64,000 nt of DNA from assembly GCF_009914755.1 (NCBI RefSeq), contig NC_060948.1, one strand, 5' to 3'. The notes beneath the pieces are model-generated. The model worked only from the letters and a program-made list of their open reading frames with translations, ran no database searches and was not told where the DNA came from. Shown here piece by piece: positions 13,601 through 28,426 of the stretch (position 1 is its first letter; every line of letters begins with the position of its first letter). The position numbers were made by a program, and so were the translations under genes. This stretch comes from the human T2T-CHM13v2.0 reference genome, Homo sapiens.

Positions 13601-14201
13601 TTTGGCATGGAATGGAATCGAATGGCATCGAATGGAATGGAATGGAATGCAATGGAATGGAATGTGTTAGAATGTAATGAACTTTAATGGAATGTACTCG
13701 AATGGATTCGACTGGAATGGAATGTTCTGGAAGTGAATGGACTCCAATGGAATGGATTCAAAAGGAATGGAATCGTACGGAATGGAATCTAATGGAATGG
13801 AATTAAATGGAAATGAATCAAATGGAATAGCACGGAATTGAATTGAATGGAATGGAATGCAATGGAATCTAATGAAACGGAAAGGAAAGGAATGGAATGG
13901 AATGGAATGGGCTGGAATGGAAAGGAATCGAAATGAATGGAATGGAATCGAACTGAAGAGACTGGAATGGAATGCACTGGAATGGAAGGAAGTGTAATGG
14001 AAGGTTCTCGAAAAAAATGGAATCGAATGGAATGGAATTGAATGGAACGGAATAGAGTCGAATGGAATTGAATGGAATGGAATGGACTAGAGTGAAATGG
14101 AATAGAACCACAAGGAATGGACAGGAATAGAATGGTCTCGAATTGAATGGAATCGTATGGAATGGCATCAAACGGAATGGAATGGATAGCCACGGAATGG
14201 A
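10659..14201 (+). repeat. DYZ1 unit 4 (3543 bp)
   Basis: Anchors 10659/14202; tract 90; 10-bp deletion at ~11720 (GGAAGGGATT missing); A6 allele at ~13447. Confidence 0.92.
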
Positions 14202-17200
14202 ATGCACTCGAATGCAATGGAGTCGAACCTAATGGACTGGAATAGAATGGACTCGACTGGTACGGACTCCAATGGAATGGAATCGAATGGAAGGGAATCG
14301 AATGGAATGGACTCGAAGGGAAAAGACTGCAATGGAAAGGTCTCGAATGGAATGGAAATTAATGGAATGGAATGGAATCGAATGAAATGGAGTCAAAAGG
14401 AATGGAATCGAATGGCAAGAAATCGAATGTAATGGAATCACAAGGAATTGATGTGAACGGAACGGAATGGAATGGAATCCAAAGTAATGGAATAGAATGG
14501 AATGGAATCGAATGGAAAGGACTCGAATGGAAATCACTCGAATAGAATGCAATTTAATAAAATAGGATCAAATGTAATGGAATGGAATGGAAAGGAATCG
14601 AAACGAAAGGAATGGAGACAGATGGAATGGAATGGAACAGAGAGCAATGGTATAGAATGGAATGGAATCATCTGGAATGGAATTGAATGGAATGGAATAA
14701 TATGAAATGGAATGGAATAGAATGGAATGGAATGGAATGCCCTTGAATTAAATGGACTGGAATGGAATGGCCTCGAACAGAGTGGAATGGAAAGTGTTGA
14801 GACAGAATGCAATGGACTCCTTCGGAATGGTGTAGTATGCAATGCAATCGACTGGCAGGGAATCAAAAGAAATGTAATCGAATGGATTGGACTGGAATGC
14901 AATGGACTCGAATAGATTGGAAACGGAATGCAAAGGAATGGAATGGAATAGTATGGAATGGAATGGAAAGGAATGGAGTGGAATAGACTAGAGTGGAATG
15001 GAATGGACTGGAAAGCAATGGACTGGAATGGAACTTTCTTGAATGGACTGGAATCAAACGGAATGGAATGCAATGCAATCAAATGGCATGGAATAAAATA
15101 GAATGAAAGAGAATCAAATGGAATTGAATCGAATGGAATCGAATGGATTGGAAAGGAATAGAATGGAATGGAATGGAATTGACTCGAATGGAATGGACTA
15201 GAATGGAATGGATTCGAATGGAAGGCAAAGGAATGGAATCTATTGGAATGGACTGTAATGGAATGGAATGGAAGGGATTGGAATGGACTCGAATGGAATG
15301 GACTGCAATAGAAAGGATTCGAATGGAATGAAAAAGAATTGAATGGAATAGAACAGAATGGAATCAAATCGAATGAAATGGAATGGAATAGAAAGGAAAG
15401 GAATGAAATGGAATGGAAAGGATTCGAATGGAATGCAATCGAATGGAATGGAATCGAACGGAATGGAATAAAATGGAAGAAAACTGGCAAGAAATGGAAT
15501 CGAAATGAATGGAGTGTTATGGAACGGACTCAAAAGGAATTGAATGTAATAGAATGGAGTGGAGTGGACTCGAATATAATGGACTGGAATGGAATGAAAT
15601 CACATGGAATGGGAACGAATGGAATGGAATGGAAAGGAATGGAATCGAATGGAAAGGAATCGAATGGAAGGGAATGAAATTGAATCAACAGGAATGGAAG
15701 GGAATAGAATAGACGGTAATGGAATGGACTCGAATAGAATGGACACGAATGCTCAAATTGAATGGACTCGAATGGAATGGAAACGAAAGGAATGTCATCG
15801 AATGGAATTGAATCGATTGGAATTAAATCGCAAGAATGGAGTGGAATCAAATGAAATTGAATCGAAAGGAAAGGAAGCGAATGGACTGAAATGAAATGGA
15901 ATGGAATTGAATGGAAAGTAATGCAATGGAATAGAATGGAACGAAATTTCACGGAATGGAATCAAACTGAAAGGAATCAAATCAATGGAATCTAATCAAA
16001 TGGAATGGAAAGGAATTGAATGGAGTAGATTGGATTGGATGGGATTGGAGTGAAATGTACTGGAAAGGACTCGAATTTCATGAAACGGAATGGAATGAAT
16101 TGGAACGGAATGGACTCGAATGGAATGGAATGTCATGGAATGGCATCAAATGGAATGGCATCAAATGGAATGGAATCGAATGCAATGGAATGCTATGGAA
16201 TGGAATGGAATGCATTGGAATGGAATGTCCTCTAATGGAATGGATTCGAGTGGAATGGAATCGAATATAATGGAGTCGAATGAAATGGAATTGAAAGGAA
16301 TGGGATCGAATACAATGGAATATACTGGAATGTAATGTAATGAACTCGAATGTAATTGACTGGAATGGAATGTACATGAATGGAATGTAATCGAATGGAA
16401 AGTAATCCAATGGAATAGAATCTAATGCAATAAAATCGACTCAGATAGAGTAGAATGTAATGGAATGGAGTGCAGTGGAATGGAATGGAATGGAATGGAA
16501 CGCAATGGAATGGAATGGAATGGAATGGAATGGGATGGAATGGTATGGAATGGATAGTAATGGACTGGAGTGAAATGGACTGGAAACGAATGGACTCAAA
16601 TTGAAAGGGCTCGAAAGGAATGGAGTCAAATGGAATGGTCTGGAATGGAATGAACACGAATGTAATGCAATCCAATAGAATGGAATCGAATGGCATGGAA
16701 TATAAAGAAATGGAATCGAAGAGAATGGAAACAAATGGAATGGAATTGAATGGAATGGAATTGAATGGAATGGGAACGAATGGAGTGAAATTGTATGCAG
16801 TAGAAGAGAATAGAATGGAATGCAAGCGAAAGGAAAGGAATGGATTAGAATGGAATGGAATTCATTGGAATGGAAGGGAATGTAGTGTAATGGACAGGCC
16901 TGGAATAAAGTGGAATGCTACGGTCTCGAATGGAATAAAAATGTATGGAATGGAATGCAATGAAATGGAATCGAATGTCATAGAATGTAATGGAATGCAA
17001 AAAAATGGAATCCAAAATCATTGACTGGAAAGGCTGGGTGTCGAAAGGAATTGACTCCAATGGAATGGAATCGAATGGAATGGAAGTGAATAGAATCGAA
17101 CTAAATCGAATGGAATGGAATTGATAGGAACGGAATGGAAAGGAATGCAATGATTTGGCATGGAATGGAATCGAATGGCATCGAATGGAATGGAATGGAA

Positions 17201-17754
17201 TGCAATGGAATGGAATGTATTAGAATGTAATGAACTTTAATGGAATGTACTCGAATGGATTCGACTGGAATGGAATGTTCTGGAAGTGAATGGACTCCAA
17301 TGGAATGGATTCAAAAGGAATGCAATCGTACGGAATGGAATCTAATGGAATGGAATTAAATGGAAATGAATCAAATTGAATAGCACGGAATTGAATTGAA
17401 TGGAATGGAATGCAATGGAATCTAATGAAACGGAAAGGAAAGGAATGGAATGGAATGGAATGGGCTGGAATGGAAAGGAATCGAAACGAATGGAATGGAA
17501 TCGAACTGAAGAGACTGGAATGGAATGCACTGGAATGGAAGGGAGTGTAATGGAAGGTTCTCGAAAAAAATGGAATGGAATGGAATGGAATTGAATGGAA
17601 CGGAATAGAGTCGAATGGAATTGAATGGAATGGAATGGACTAGAGTGAAATGGAATCGAACCACAAGGAATGGACAGGAATAGAATGGTCTCGAATTGAA
17701 TGGAATCGTATGGAATGGCATCAAACGGAATGGAATGGACAGCCACGGAATGGA
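14202..17754 (+). repeat. DYZ1 unit 5 (3553 bp)
   Basis: Anchors 14202/17755; tract 85; +5 at ~14715; -1 at ~15832 (CGCAAGAAT vs CGCATAGAAT); extra GGCC at 14769. Confidence 0.92.
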
Positions 17755-20700
17755 ATGCACTCGAATGCAATGGAGTCGAAACTAATGGACTGGAATAGAA
17801 TGGATTCGACTGGTACGGACTCCAATGGAATGGAATCGAATGGAAGGGAATCGAACGGAATGGACTCGAAGGGAAAAGACTGCAATGGAAAGGTCTCGAA
17901 TGGAATGGAAATTAATGGAATGGAATGGAATCGAATGAAATGGAGTCAAAAGGAATGGAATCGAATGGCAAGAAATCGAATGTAATGGAATCGCAAGGAA
18001 TTGATGTGAATGGAGCGGAATGGAATGGAATCCAAAGGAATGGAATCGAATGGAAAGGACTCGAATGGAAATCACTCGAATAGAATGCAATTTAATAAAA
18101 TAGGATCAAATGTAATGGAATGGAATGGAAAGGAATCGAAACGAAAGGAATGGAGACAGATGGAATGGAATGGAACAGAGAGAAATGGTATAGAATGGAA
18201 TGGAATCATCTGGAATGGAATTGAATGGAATGGAATAATATGAAATGGAATGGAATGGAATGGAATGCAATGCCCTTGAATTAAATGGACTGGAATGGAA
18301 TGGACTCGAACAGAGTGGAATGGAAAGTGTTGAGATAGAATGGAATGGACTCCTTTGGAATGGTGTAGTATGCAATGCAATCGACTGGCAGGGAATCAAA
18401 AGGAATGTAATGGAATGGATTGGACTGGAATGCAATGGACTCGAATAGATTGGAAACGGAATGCAAAGGAATGGAATGGAATAGGATGGAATGGAATGGA
18501 AAGGAATGGAGTGGAATAGACTAGAGTGGAATGGAATGGACTGGAAAGCAATGGACTGGAATGGAACTTTCTTGAATGGACTGGAATCAAACGGAATAGA
18601 ATGCAATGCAATCAAATGGCATGGAATAAAATAGAATGAGAGAGAATCAAATGGAATTGAATCGAATGGAATCGAATGGATTGGAAAGGAATAGAATGGA
18701 ATGGAATGGAATTGACTCAAACGGAATGGATTCGAATGGAATGGATTCGAATGGAAGGCGAAGGAATGGAATCTATTGGAATGGACTGTAATGGAATGGA
18801 ATGGAATGGAATGGAAACGATTGGAATGGACTCGAATGGAATGGACTGCAATAGAAAGGATTCGAATGGAATTAAAAAGAATTGAATGGAATAGAACAGA
18901 ATGGAATCAAATCGAATGAAATGGAATGGAATAGAAAGGAATGGAATGAAATGGAATGGAAAGGATTCGAATGGAATGCAATCGAATGGAATGGAATCGA
19001 ACAGAATGGAATAAAATGGAAGAAAACTGGCAAGAAATGGAATCGAAATGAATGGAGTGTTATGGAACGGACTCAAAAGGAATTGAATGTAATAGAATGG
19101 AGTGGAGTGGACTCGAATATAATGGACTGGAATGGAATGAAATCACATGGAATGGGAACGAATGGAATGGAATGGAAAGGAATGGAATCGAATGGAAAGG
19201 AATCGAATGGAAGGGAATGAAATTGAATCAACAGGAATGGAAGGGAATAGAATAGACGGTAATGGAATGGACTCGAATAGAATGGACACGAATGCTCAAA
19301 TTGAATGGACTCGAATGGAATGGAAACGAAAGGAATGTCATCGAATGGAATTGAATCGATTGGAATGAAATCGCATAGAATGGAGTGGAATCAAATGGAA
19401 TTGAATCGAAAGGAAAGGAAGCCAATGGACTGAAATGAAATGGAATGGAATTGAATGGAAAGTAATGCAATGGAATAGAATGGAAGGAAATTTCACGGAA
19501 TGGAATCAAACTGAATGGAATCAAATCAATGGAATCTAATCAAATGGAATGGAAAGGAATTGAATGGAGTAGATTGGATTGGATGGGATTGGAATGAAAT
19601 GTACTGGAAAGGACTCGAATTTCATGAAACGGAATGGAATGAATTGGAACGGAATGGACTCGAATGGAATGGAATGTCATGGAATGGCATCAAATGGAAT
19701 GGCATCAAATGGAATGGAATCGAATGCAATGGAATGCTATGGAATGGAATGGAATGCATTGGAATGGAATGTCCTCTAATGGAATGGATTCGAGTGGAAT
19801 GGAATCGAATATAATGGAGTCGAATGAAATGGAATTGAAAGGAATGGGATCGAATAGAATGGAATATACAGGAATGTAATGTAATGAACTCGAATGTAAT
19901 TGACTGGAATGGAATGTACATGAATGGAATGTAATCGAATGGAAAGTAATCCAATGGAATAGAATCTAATGCAATAAAATCGACTCAGATAGAGTAGAAT
20001 GTAATGGAATGGAGTGCAGTGCAATGGAATGGAATGGAATGGAATGCAATGGAATGGAATGGAATGGAATGGAATGGAATGGGATGGAATGGTATGGAAT
20101 GGATAGTAATGGACTGGAGTGAAATGGACTGGAAAGGTATGGACTCAAATTGAAAGGGCTCGAAAGGAATGGAGTCAAATGGAATGGTCTGGAATGGAAT
20201 GAACACGAATGTAATGCAATCCAATAGAATGGAATCGAATGGCATGGAATATAAAGAAATGGAATCGAAGAGAATGGAAACAAATGGAATGGAAGTGAAT
20301 GGAATGGAATTGAATGGAATGGGAACGAATGGAGTGAAATTGTATGCAGTAGAAGAGAATAGAATGGAATGCAAGCGAAAGGAAAGGAATGGATTGGAAT
20401 GGAATGGAATTCATTGGAATGGAAGGGAATGTAGTGTAATGGACAGGCCTGGAATAAAGTGGAATGCTACGGTCTCGAATGGAATAAAAATGTATGGAAT
20501 GGAATCCAATGAAACGGAATCGAATGTCATAGAATGTAATGGAATGCAAAAAAATGGAATCCAAAATCATTGACTGGAAAGGCTGGGTGTAGAAAGGAAT
20601 TGACCCCAATGGAATGGAATCGAATGGAATGGAAGTGAATAGAATCGAACTAAATCGAATGGAATGGAATTGATAGGAACGGAATGGAAAAGAATGCAAT

Positions 20701-21303
20701 GATTTGGCATGGAATGGAATCGAATGGCATCGAATGGAATGGAATGGAATGCAATGGAATGGAATGTATTAGAATGTAATGAACTTTAATGGAATGTACT
20801 CGAATGGATTCGACTGGAATGGAATGTTCTGGAAGTGAATGGACTCCAATGGAATGGATTCAAAAGGAATGGAATCGTACGGAATGGAAACTAATTGAAT
20901 GGAATTAAATGGAAATGAATCAAATTGAATAGCACGGAATTGAATTGAATGGAATCGAATGCAATGGAATCTAATGAAACGGAAAGGAAAGGAATGGAAT
21001 GGAATGGAATGGGCTGGAATGGAAAGGAATCGAAACGAATGGAATGGAATCGAACTGAAGAGACTGGAATGGAATGCACTGGAATGGAAGGGAGTGTAAT
21101 GGAAGGTTCTCGAAAAAAATGGAATCGAATGGAATGGAATTGAATGGAACGGAATAGAGTCGAATGGAATTGAATGGAATGGAATGGACTAGAGTGAAAT
21201 GGAATCGAACCACAAGGAATGGACAGGAATAGAATGGTCTCGAATTGAATGGAATCGTATGGAATGGCATCAAACGGAATGGAATGGACAGCCACGGAAT
21301 GGA
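17755..21303 (+). repeat. DYZ1 unit 6 (3549 bp)
   Basis: Anchors 17755/21304; tract 90; -15 at ~18040; +10 at ~18800. Confidence 0.92.
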
Positions 21304-24300
21304 ATACACTCGAATGCAATGGAGTCGAAACTAAAGGACTGGAATAGAATGGACTCGACTGGTACGGACTCCAATGGAATGGAATCGAATGGAAGGGAAT
21401 CGATCGCAGTGGACTCGAAGGGAAAAGACTGCAATGGAAAGGTCTCGAATGGAATGGAAATTAATGGAATGGAATGGAATCGAATGAAATGGAGTCAAAA
21501 GGAATGGAATCGAATGGCAAGAAATCGAATGTAATGGAATCGCAAGGAATTGATGTGTACGGAACGGAAAGGAATGGAATCCAAAGGAATGGAATAGAAT
21601 GGAATGGAATCGAATGGAAAGGACTCGAATGGAAATCACTCGAATAGAATGCAATTTAATAAAATAGGATCAAATGTAATGGAATGGAATGGAAAGGAAT
21701 CGAAACGAAAGGAATGGAGACAGATGGAATGGAATGGAACAGAGAGCAATGGTATAGAATGGAATGGAATCATCTGGAATGGAATTGAATGGAATGGAAT
21801 AATATGAAATGGAATGGAATGGAATGGAATGGAATGCCCTTGAATTAAATGGACTGGAATGGAATGGACTCGAACAGAGTGGAATGGAAAGTGTTGAAAT
21901 AGAATGGAATGGACTCCTTTGGAATGGTCTAGTATGCAATGCAATCGACTGGCAGGGAATCAAAAGGAATGTAATGGAATGGATTGGACTGGAATGCAAT
22001 GGACTCGAATAGATTGGAAACGGAATACAAAGGAATGGAATGGAATAGTATGGAATGGAATGGAAAGGAATGGAGTGGAATAGACTAGAGTGGAATGGAA
22101 TGGACTGGAAAGCAATGGACTGGAATGGAACTTTCTTGAATAGACTGGAATCAAACGGAATGGAATGCAATGCAATCAAATGGCATGGAATAAAATAGAA
22201 TGAAAGAGAATCAAATGGAATTGAATCGAATGGAATCGAATGGATTGGAAAGGAATAGAATGGAATGGAATGGAATTGACTCAAATGGAATGGACTAGAA
22301 TGGAATGGATTCGAATGGAAGGCAAAGGAATGGAATCTATTGGAATGGACTGTAATGGAATGGAATGGAAGGGATTGGAATGGACTCGAATGGAATGGAC
22401 TGCAATAGAAAGGATTCGAATGGAATGAAAAAGAATTGAATGGAATAGAACAGAATGGAATCAAATCGAATGAAATGGAATGGAATAGAAAGGAATGGAA
22501 TGAAATGGAATGGAAAGGATTCGAATGGAATGCAATCGAATGGAATGGAATCGAACGGAATGGAATAAAATGGAAGAAAACTGGCAAGAAATGGAATCGA
22601 AATGAATGGAGTGTTATGGAACGGACTCAAAAGGAATTGAATGTAATAGAATGGAGTGGAGTGGACTCGAATATAATGGACTGGAATGGAATGAAATCAC
22701 ATGGAATGGGAACGAATGGAATGGAATGGAAAGGAATGGAATCGAATGGAAAGGAATCGAATGGAAGGGAATGAAATTGAATCAACAGGAATGGAAGGGA
22801 ATAGAATAGACGGTAATGGAATGGACTCGAATAGAATGGACACGAATGCTCAAATTGAATGGACTCGAATGGAATGGAAACGAAAGGAATGTCATCGAAT
22901 GGAATTGAATCGATTGGAATGAAATCGCATAGAATGGAGTGGAATCAAATGGAATTGAATCGAAAGGAAAGGAAGCGAATGGACTGAAATGAAATGGAAT
23001 GGAATTGAATGGAAAGTAATGCAATGGAATAGAATGGAACGAAATTTCACGGAATGGAATCAAACTGAATGGAATCAAGTCAATGGAATCAAATCAAATG
23101 GAATGGAAAGGAATTGAATGGAGTAGATTGGATTGGATGGGATTGGAATGAAATGTACTGGAAAGGACTCGAATTTCATGAAACGGAATGGAATGAATTG
23201 GAACGGAATGGACTCGAATGGAATGGAATGTCATGGAATGGCATCAAATGGAATGGCATCAAATGGAATGGAATCGAATGCAATGGAATGCTATGGAATG
23301 GAATGGAATGCATTGGAATGGAATGTCCTCTAATGGAATGGATTCGAGTGGAATGGAATCGAATATAATGGAGTCGAATGAAATGGAATTGAAAGGAATG
23401 GGATCGAATAGAATGGAATATACTGGAATGTAATGTAATGAACTCGAATGTAATTGACTGGAATGGAATGTACATGAATGGAATGTAATCGAATGGAAAG
23501 TAATCCAATGGAATAGAATCTAATGCAATAAAATCGACTCAGATAGAGTAGAATGTAATGGAATGGAGTGCAGTGCAATGGAATGGAATGGAATGGAATG
23601 GAATGGAATGGAATGGAATGGAATGCAATGGAATGGAATGGAATGGAATGGGATGGAATGGTATGGAATGGATAGTAATGGACTGGAGTGAAATGGACTG
23701 GAAAGGAATGGACTCAAATTGAAAGGGCTCGAAAGGAATGGAGTCAAATGGAATGGTCTGGAATGGAATGAACACGAATGTAATGCAATCCAATAGAATG
23801 GAATCGAATGGCATGGAATATAAAGAAATGGAATCAAAGAGAATGGAAACAAATGGAATGGAATTGAATGGAATGGAATTGAATGGAATGGGAACGAATG
23901 GAGTGAAATTGTATGCAGTAGAAGAGAATAGAATGGAATGCAAGCGAAAGGAAAGGAATGGATTGGAATGGAATGGAATTCATTGGAATGGAAGGGAATG
24001 TACTGTAATGGACAGGCCTGGAATAAAGTGGAATGCTACGGTCTCGAATGGAATAAAAATGTATGGAATGGAATGCAATGAAACGGAATCGAATGTCATA
24101 GAATGTAATGGAATGCAAAAAAATGGAATACAAAATCATTGACTGGAAAGGCTGGGTGTCGAAAGGAATTGACTCCAATGGAATGGAATCGAATGGAATG
24201 GAAGTGAATAGAATGGAACTAAATCGAATGGAATGGAATTGATAGGAACGGAATGGAAAGGAATGCAATGATTTGGCATGGAATGGAATCGAATGGCATC

Positions 24301-24872
24301 GAATGGAATGGAATGGAATGCAATGGAATGGAATGTATTAGAATGTAATGAACTTTAATGGAATGTACTCGAATGGATTCGACTGGAATGGAATGTTCTG
24401 GAAGTGAATGGACTCCAATGGAATGGATTCAAAAGGAATGGAATCGTACGGAATGGAATCTAATGGAATGGAATTAAATGGAAATGAATCAAATTGAATA
24501 GCACGGAATTGAATTGAATGGAATGGAATGCAATGGAATCTAATGAAACGGAAAGGAAAGGAATGGAATGGAATGGAATGGGCTGGAATGGAAAGGAATC
24601 GAAACGAATGGAATGGAATCGAACTGAAGAGACTGGAATGGAATGCACTGGAATGGAAGGGAGTGTAATGGAAGGTTCTCGAAAGAAATGGAATGGAATG
24701 GAATGGAATGGAATGGAACGGAATAGAGTCGAATGGAATTGAATGGAATGGAATGGACTAGAGTGAAATGGAATCGAACCACAAGGAATGGACAGGAATA
24801 GAATGGTCTCGAATTGAATGGAATCGTATGGAATGGCATCAAACGGAATGGAATGGACAGCCACGGAATGGA
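21304..24872 (+). repeat. DYZ1 unit 7 (3569 bp)
   Basis: Anchors 21304 (variant ATACACTCG)/24873; tract 105; no net core indel. Confidence 0.92.
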
Positions 24873-27800
24873 ATGCACTCGAATGCAATGGAGTCGAAAC
24901 TAATGGACTGGAATAGAATGGACTCGACTGGTACGGACTCCAATGGAATGGAATCGAATGGAAGGGAATCGAACGGAATGGACTCGAAGGGAAAAGACTG
25001 CAATGGAAAGGTCTCGAATGGAATGGAAATTAATGGAATGGAATGGAATCGAATGAAATGGAGTCAAAAGGAATGGAATCGAATGGCAAGAAATCGAATG
25101 TAATGGAATCGCAAGGAATTGATGTGAACGGAACGGAATGGAATGGAATCCAAAGGAATGGAATAGAATGGAATGGAATCGAATGGAAAGGACTCGAATG
25201 GAAATCACTCGAATAGAATGCAATTTAATAAAATAGGATCAAATGTAATGGAATGGAATGGAAAGGAATCGAAACGAAAGGAATGGAGACAGATGGAATG
25301 GAATGGAACAGAGAGCAATGGTATAGAATGGAATGGAATCATCTGGAATGGAATTGAATGGAATGGACTAATATGAAATGGAATGGAATGGAATGGAATG
25401 GAATGCCCTTGAATTAAATGGACTGGAATGGAATGGACTCGAACAGAGTGGAATGGAAAGTGTTGAGATAGAATTGAATGGACTCCTTTGGAATGGAGTA
25501 GTATGCAATGCAATCGACTGGCAGGGAATCAAAAGGAATGTAATCGAATGGATTGGACTGGAATGCAATGGACTCGAATAGATTGGAAACGGAATGCAAA
25601 GGAATGGAATGGAATAGTATGGAATGGAATGGAAAGGAATGGAGTGGAATAGACTAGAGTGGAATGGAATGGACTGGAAAGCAATGGACTGGAATGGAAC
25701 TTTCTTGAATGGACTGGAATCAAACGGAATGGAATGCAATGCAATCAAATGGCATGGAATAAAATAGAATGAAAGAGAATCAAATGGAATTGAATCGAAT
25801 GGAATCGAATGGATTGGAAAGGAATAGAATGGAATGGAATGGAATTGACTCAAATGGAATGGACTAGAATGGAATGGATTCGAATGGAAGGCAAAGGAAT
25901 GGAATCTATTGGAATGGACTGTAATGGAATGGAATGGAAAGGATTGGAATGGACTCGAATGGAATGGACTGCAATAGAAAGGATTCGAATGGAATGAAAA
26001 AGAATTGAATGGAATAGAACAGAATGGAATCAAATCGAATGAAATGGAATGGAATAGAAAGGAATGGAATGAAATGGAATGGAAAGGATTCGAATGGAAT
26101 GCAATCGAATGGAATGGAATCGAACGGAATGGAATAAAATGGAAGAAAACTGGCAAGAAATGGAATCGAAATGAATGGAGTGTTATGGAACGGACTCAAA
26201 AGGAATTGAATGTAATAGAATGGAGTGGAGTGGACTCGAATATAATGGACTGGAATGGAATGAAATCACATGGAATGGGAACGAATGGAATGGAATGGAA
26301 AGGAATGGAATCGAATGGAAAGGAATCGAATGGAAGGGAATGAAATTGAATCAACAGGAATGGAAGGGAATAGAATAGACGGTAATGGAATGGACTCGAA
26401 TAGAATGGACACGAATGCTCAAATTGAATGGACTCGAATGGAATGGAAACGAAAGGAATGTCATCGAATGGAATTGAATCGATTGGAATGAAATCGCATA
26501 GAATGGAGTGGAATCAAATGGAATTGAATCGAAAGGAAAGGAAGCGAATGGACTGAAATGAAATGGAATGGAATTGAATGGAAAGTCATGCAATGGAATA
26601 GAATGGAACGAAATTTCACGGAATGGAATCAAACTGAATGGAATCAAATCAATGGAATCAAATCAAATGGAATGGAAAGGAATTGAATGCAGTAGATTGG
26701 ATTGGATGGGATTGGAATGAAATGTACTGGAAAGGACTCGAATTTCATGAAACGGAATGGAATGAATTGGAACGGAATGGACTCGAATGGAATGGAATGT
26801 CATGGAATGGCATCAAATGGAATGGCATCAAATGGAATGGAATCGAATGCAATGGAATGCTATTTAATGGAATGGAATGCATTGGAATGGAATGTCCTCT
26901 AATGGAATGGATTCGAGTGGAATGGAATCGAATATAATGGAGTCGAATGAAATGGAATTGAAAGGAATGGGACCGAATACAATGGAATATACTGCAATGT
27001 AATGTAATGAACTGGAATGTAATTGACTGGAATGGAATGTACATGAATGGAATGTAATCGAATGGAAAGTAATCCAATGGAATAGAATCTAATGCAATAA
27101 AATCGACTCAGATAGAGTAGAATGTAATGGAATGTAGTGCAGTGCAATGGAATGGAATGAAATGGAATGCAATGGAATGGAATGGAATGCAATGGAATGG
27201 AATGGAATGGAATGGAATGGGATGGAATGCTATGGAATGTATAGTAATGGACTGGAGTGAAATGGACTGGAAAGGAATGGACTCAAATTGAAAGGGCTCG
27301 AAAGGAATGGAGTCAAATGGAATGGTCTGGAATGGAATGAACACGAATGTAATGCAATCCAATAGAATGGAATCGAATGGCATGGAATATAAAGAAATGG
27401 AATCGAAGAGAATGGAAACAAATGGAATGGAATTGAATGGAATGGGAACGAATGGAGTGAAATTGTATGCAGTAGAAGGGAATAGAATGGAATGCAAGCG
27501 AAAGGAAAGGAATGGATTGGAATGGAATGGAATTCATTGGAATGGAAGGGAATGTAGTGTAATGGACAGGCCTGGAATAAAGTGGAATGCTACGGTCTCG
27601 AATGGAATAAAAATGTATGGAATGGAATGCAATGAAACGGAATCGAATGTCATAGAATGTAATGGAATGCAAAAAAATGGAATCCAAAATCATTGACTGG
27701 AAAGGCTGGGTGTCGAAAGGAATTGACTCCAATGCAATGGAATCGAATGGAATGGAAGTGAATAGAATCGAACTAAATCGAATGGAATGGAATTGATAGG

Positions 27801-28426
27801 AACGGAATGGAAAGGAATGCAATGATTTGGCATGGAATGGAATCGAATGGCATCGAATGGAATGGAATGGAATGCAATGGAATGGAATGTATTAGAATGT
27901 AATGAACTTTAATGGAATGTACTCGAATGGATTCGACTGGAATGGAATGTTCTGGAAGTGAATGGACTCCAATGGAATGGATTCAAAAGGAATGGAATCG
28001 TACGGAATCGAAACTAATGGAATGGAATTAAATGGAAATGAATCAAATTGAATAGCACGGAATTGAATTCAATGGAATCGAATGCAATGGAATCTAATGA
28101 AACGGAAAGGAAAGGAATGGAATGGAATGGAATGGGCTGGAATGGAAAGGAATCGAAACGAATGGAATGGAATCGAACTGAAGAGACTGGAATGGAATGC
28201 ACTGGAATGGAAGGGAGTGTAATGGAAGGTTCTCGAAAAAAATGGAATCGAATGGAATGCAATTGAATGGAACGGAATAGAGTCGAATGGAATTGAATGG
28301 AATGGAATGGACTAGAGTGAAATGGAATCGAACCACAAGGAATGGACAGGAATAGAATGGTCTCGAATTGAATGGAATCGTATGGAATGGCATCAAACGG
28401 AATGGAATGGACAGCCACGGAATGGA
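24873..28426 (+). repeat. DYZ1 unit 8 (3554 bp)
   Basis: Anchors 24873/28427; tract 105; -15 at ~27430; extra GAATTC at 28065. Confidence 0.92.
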
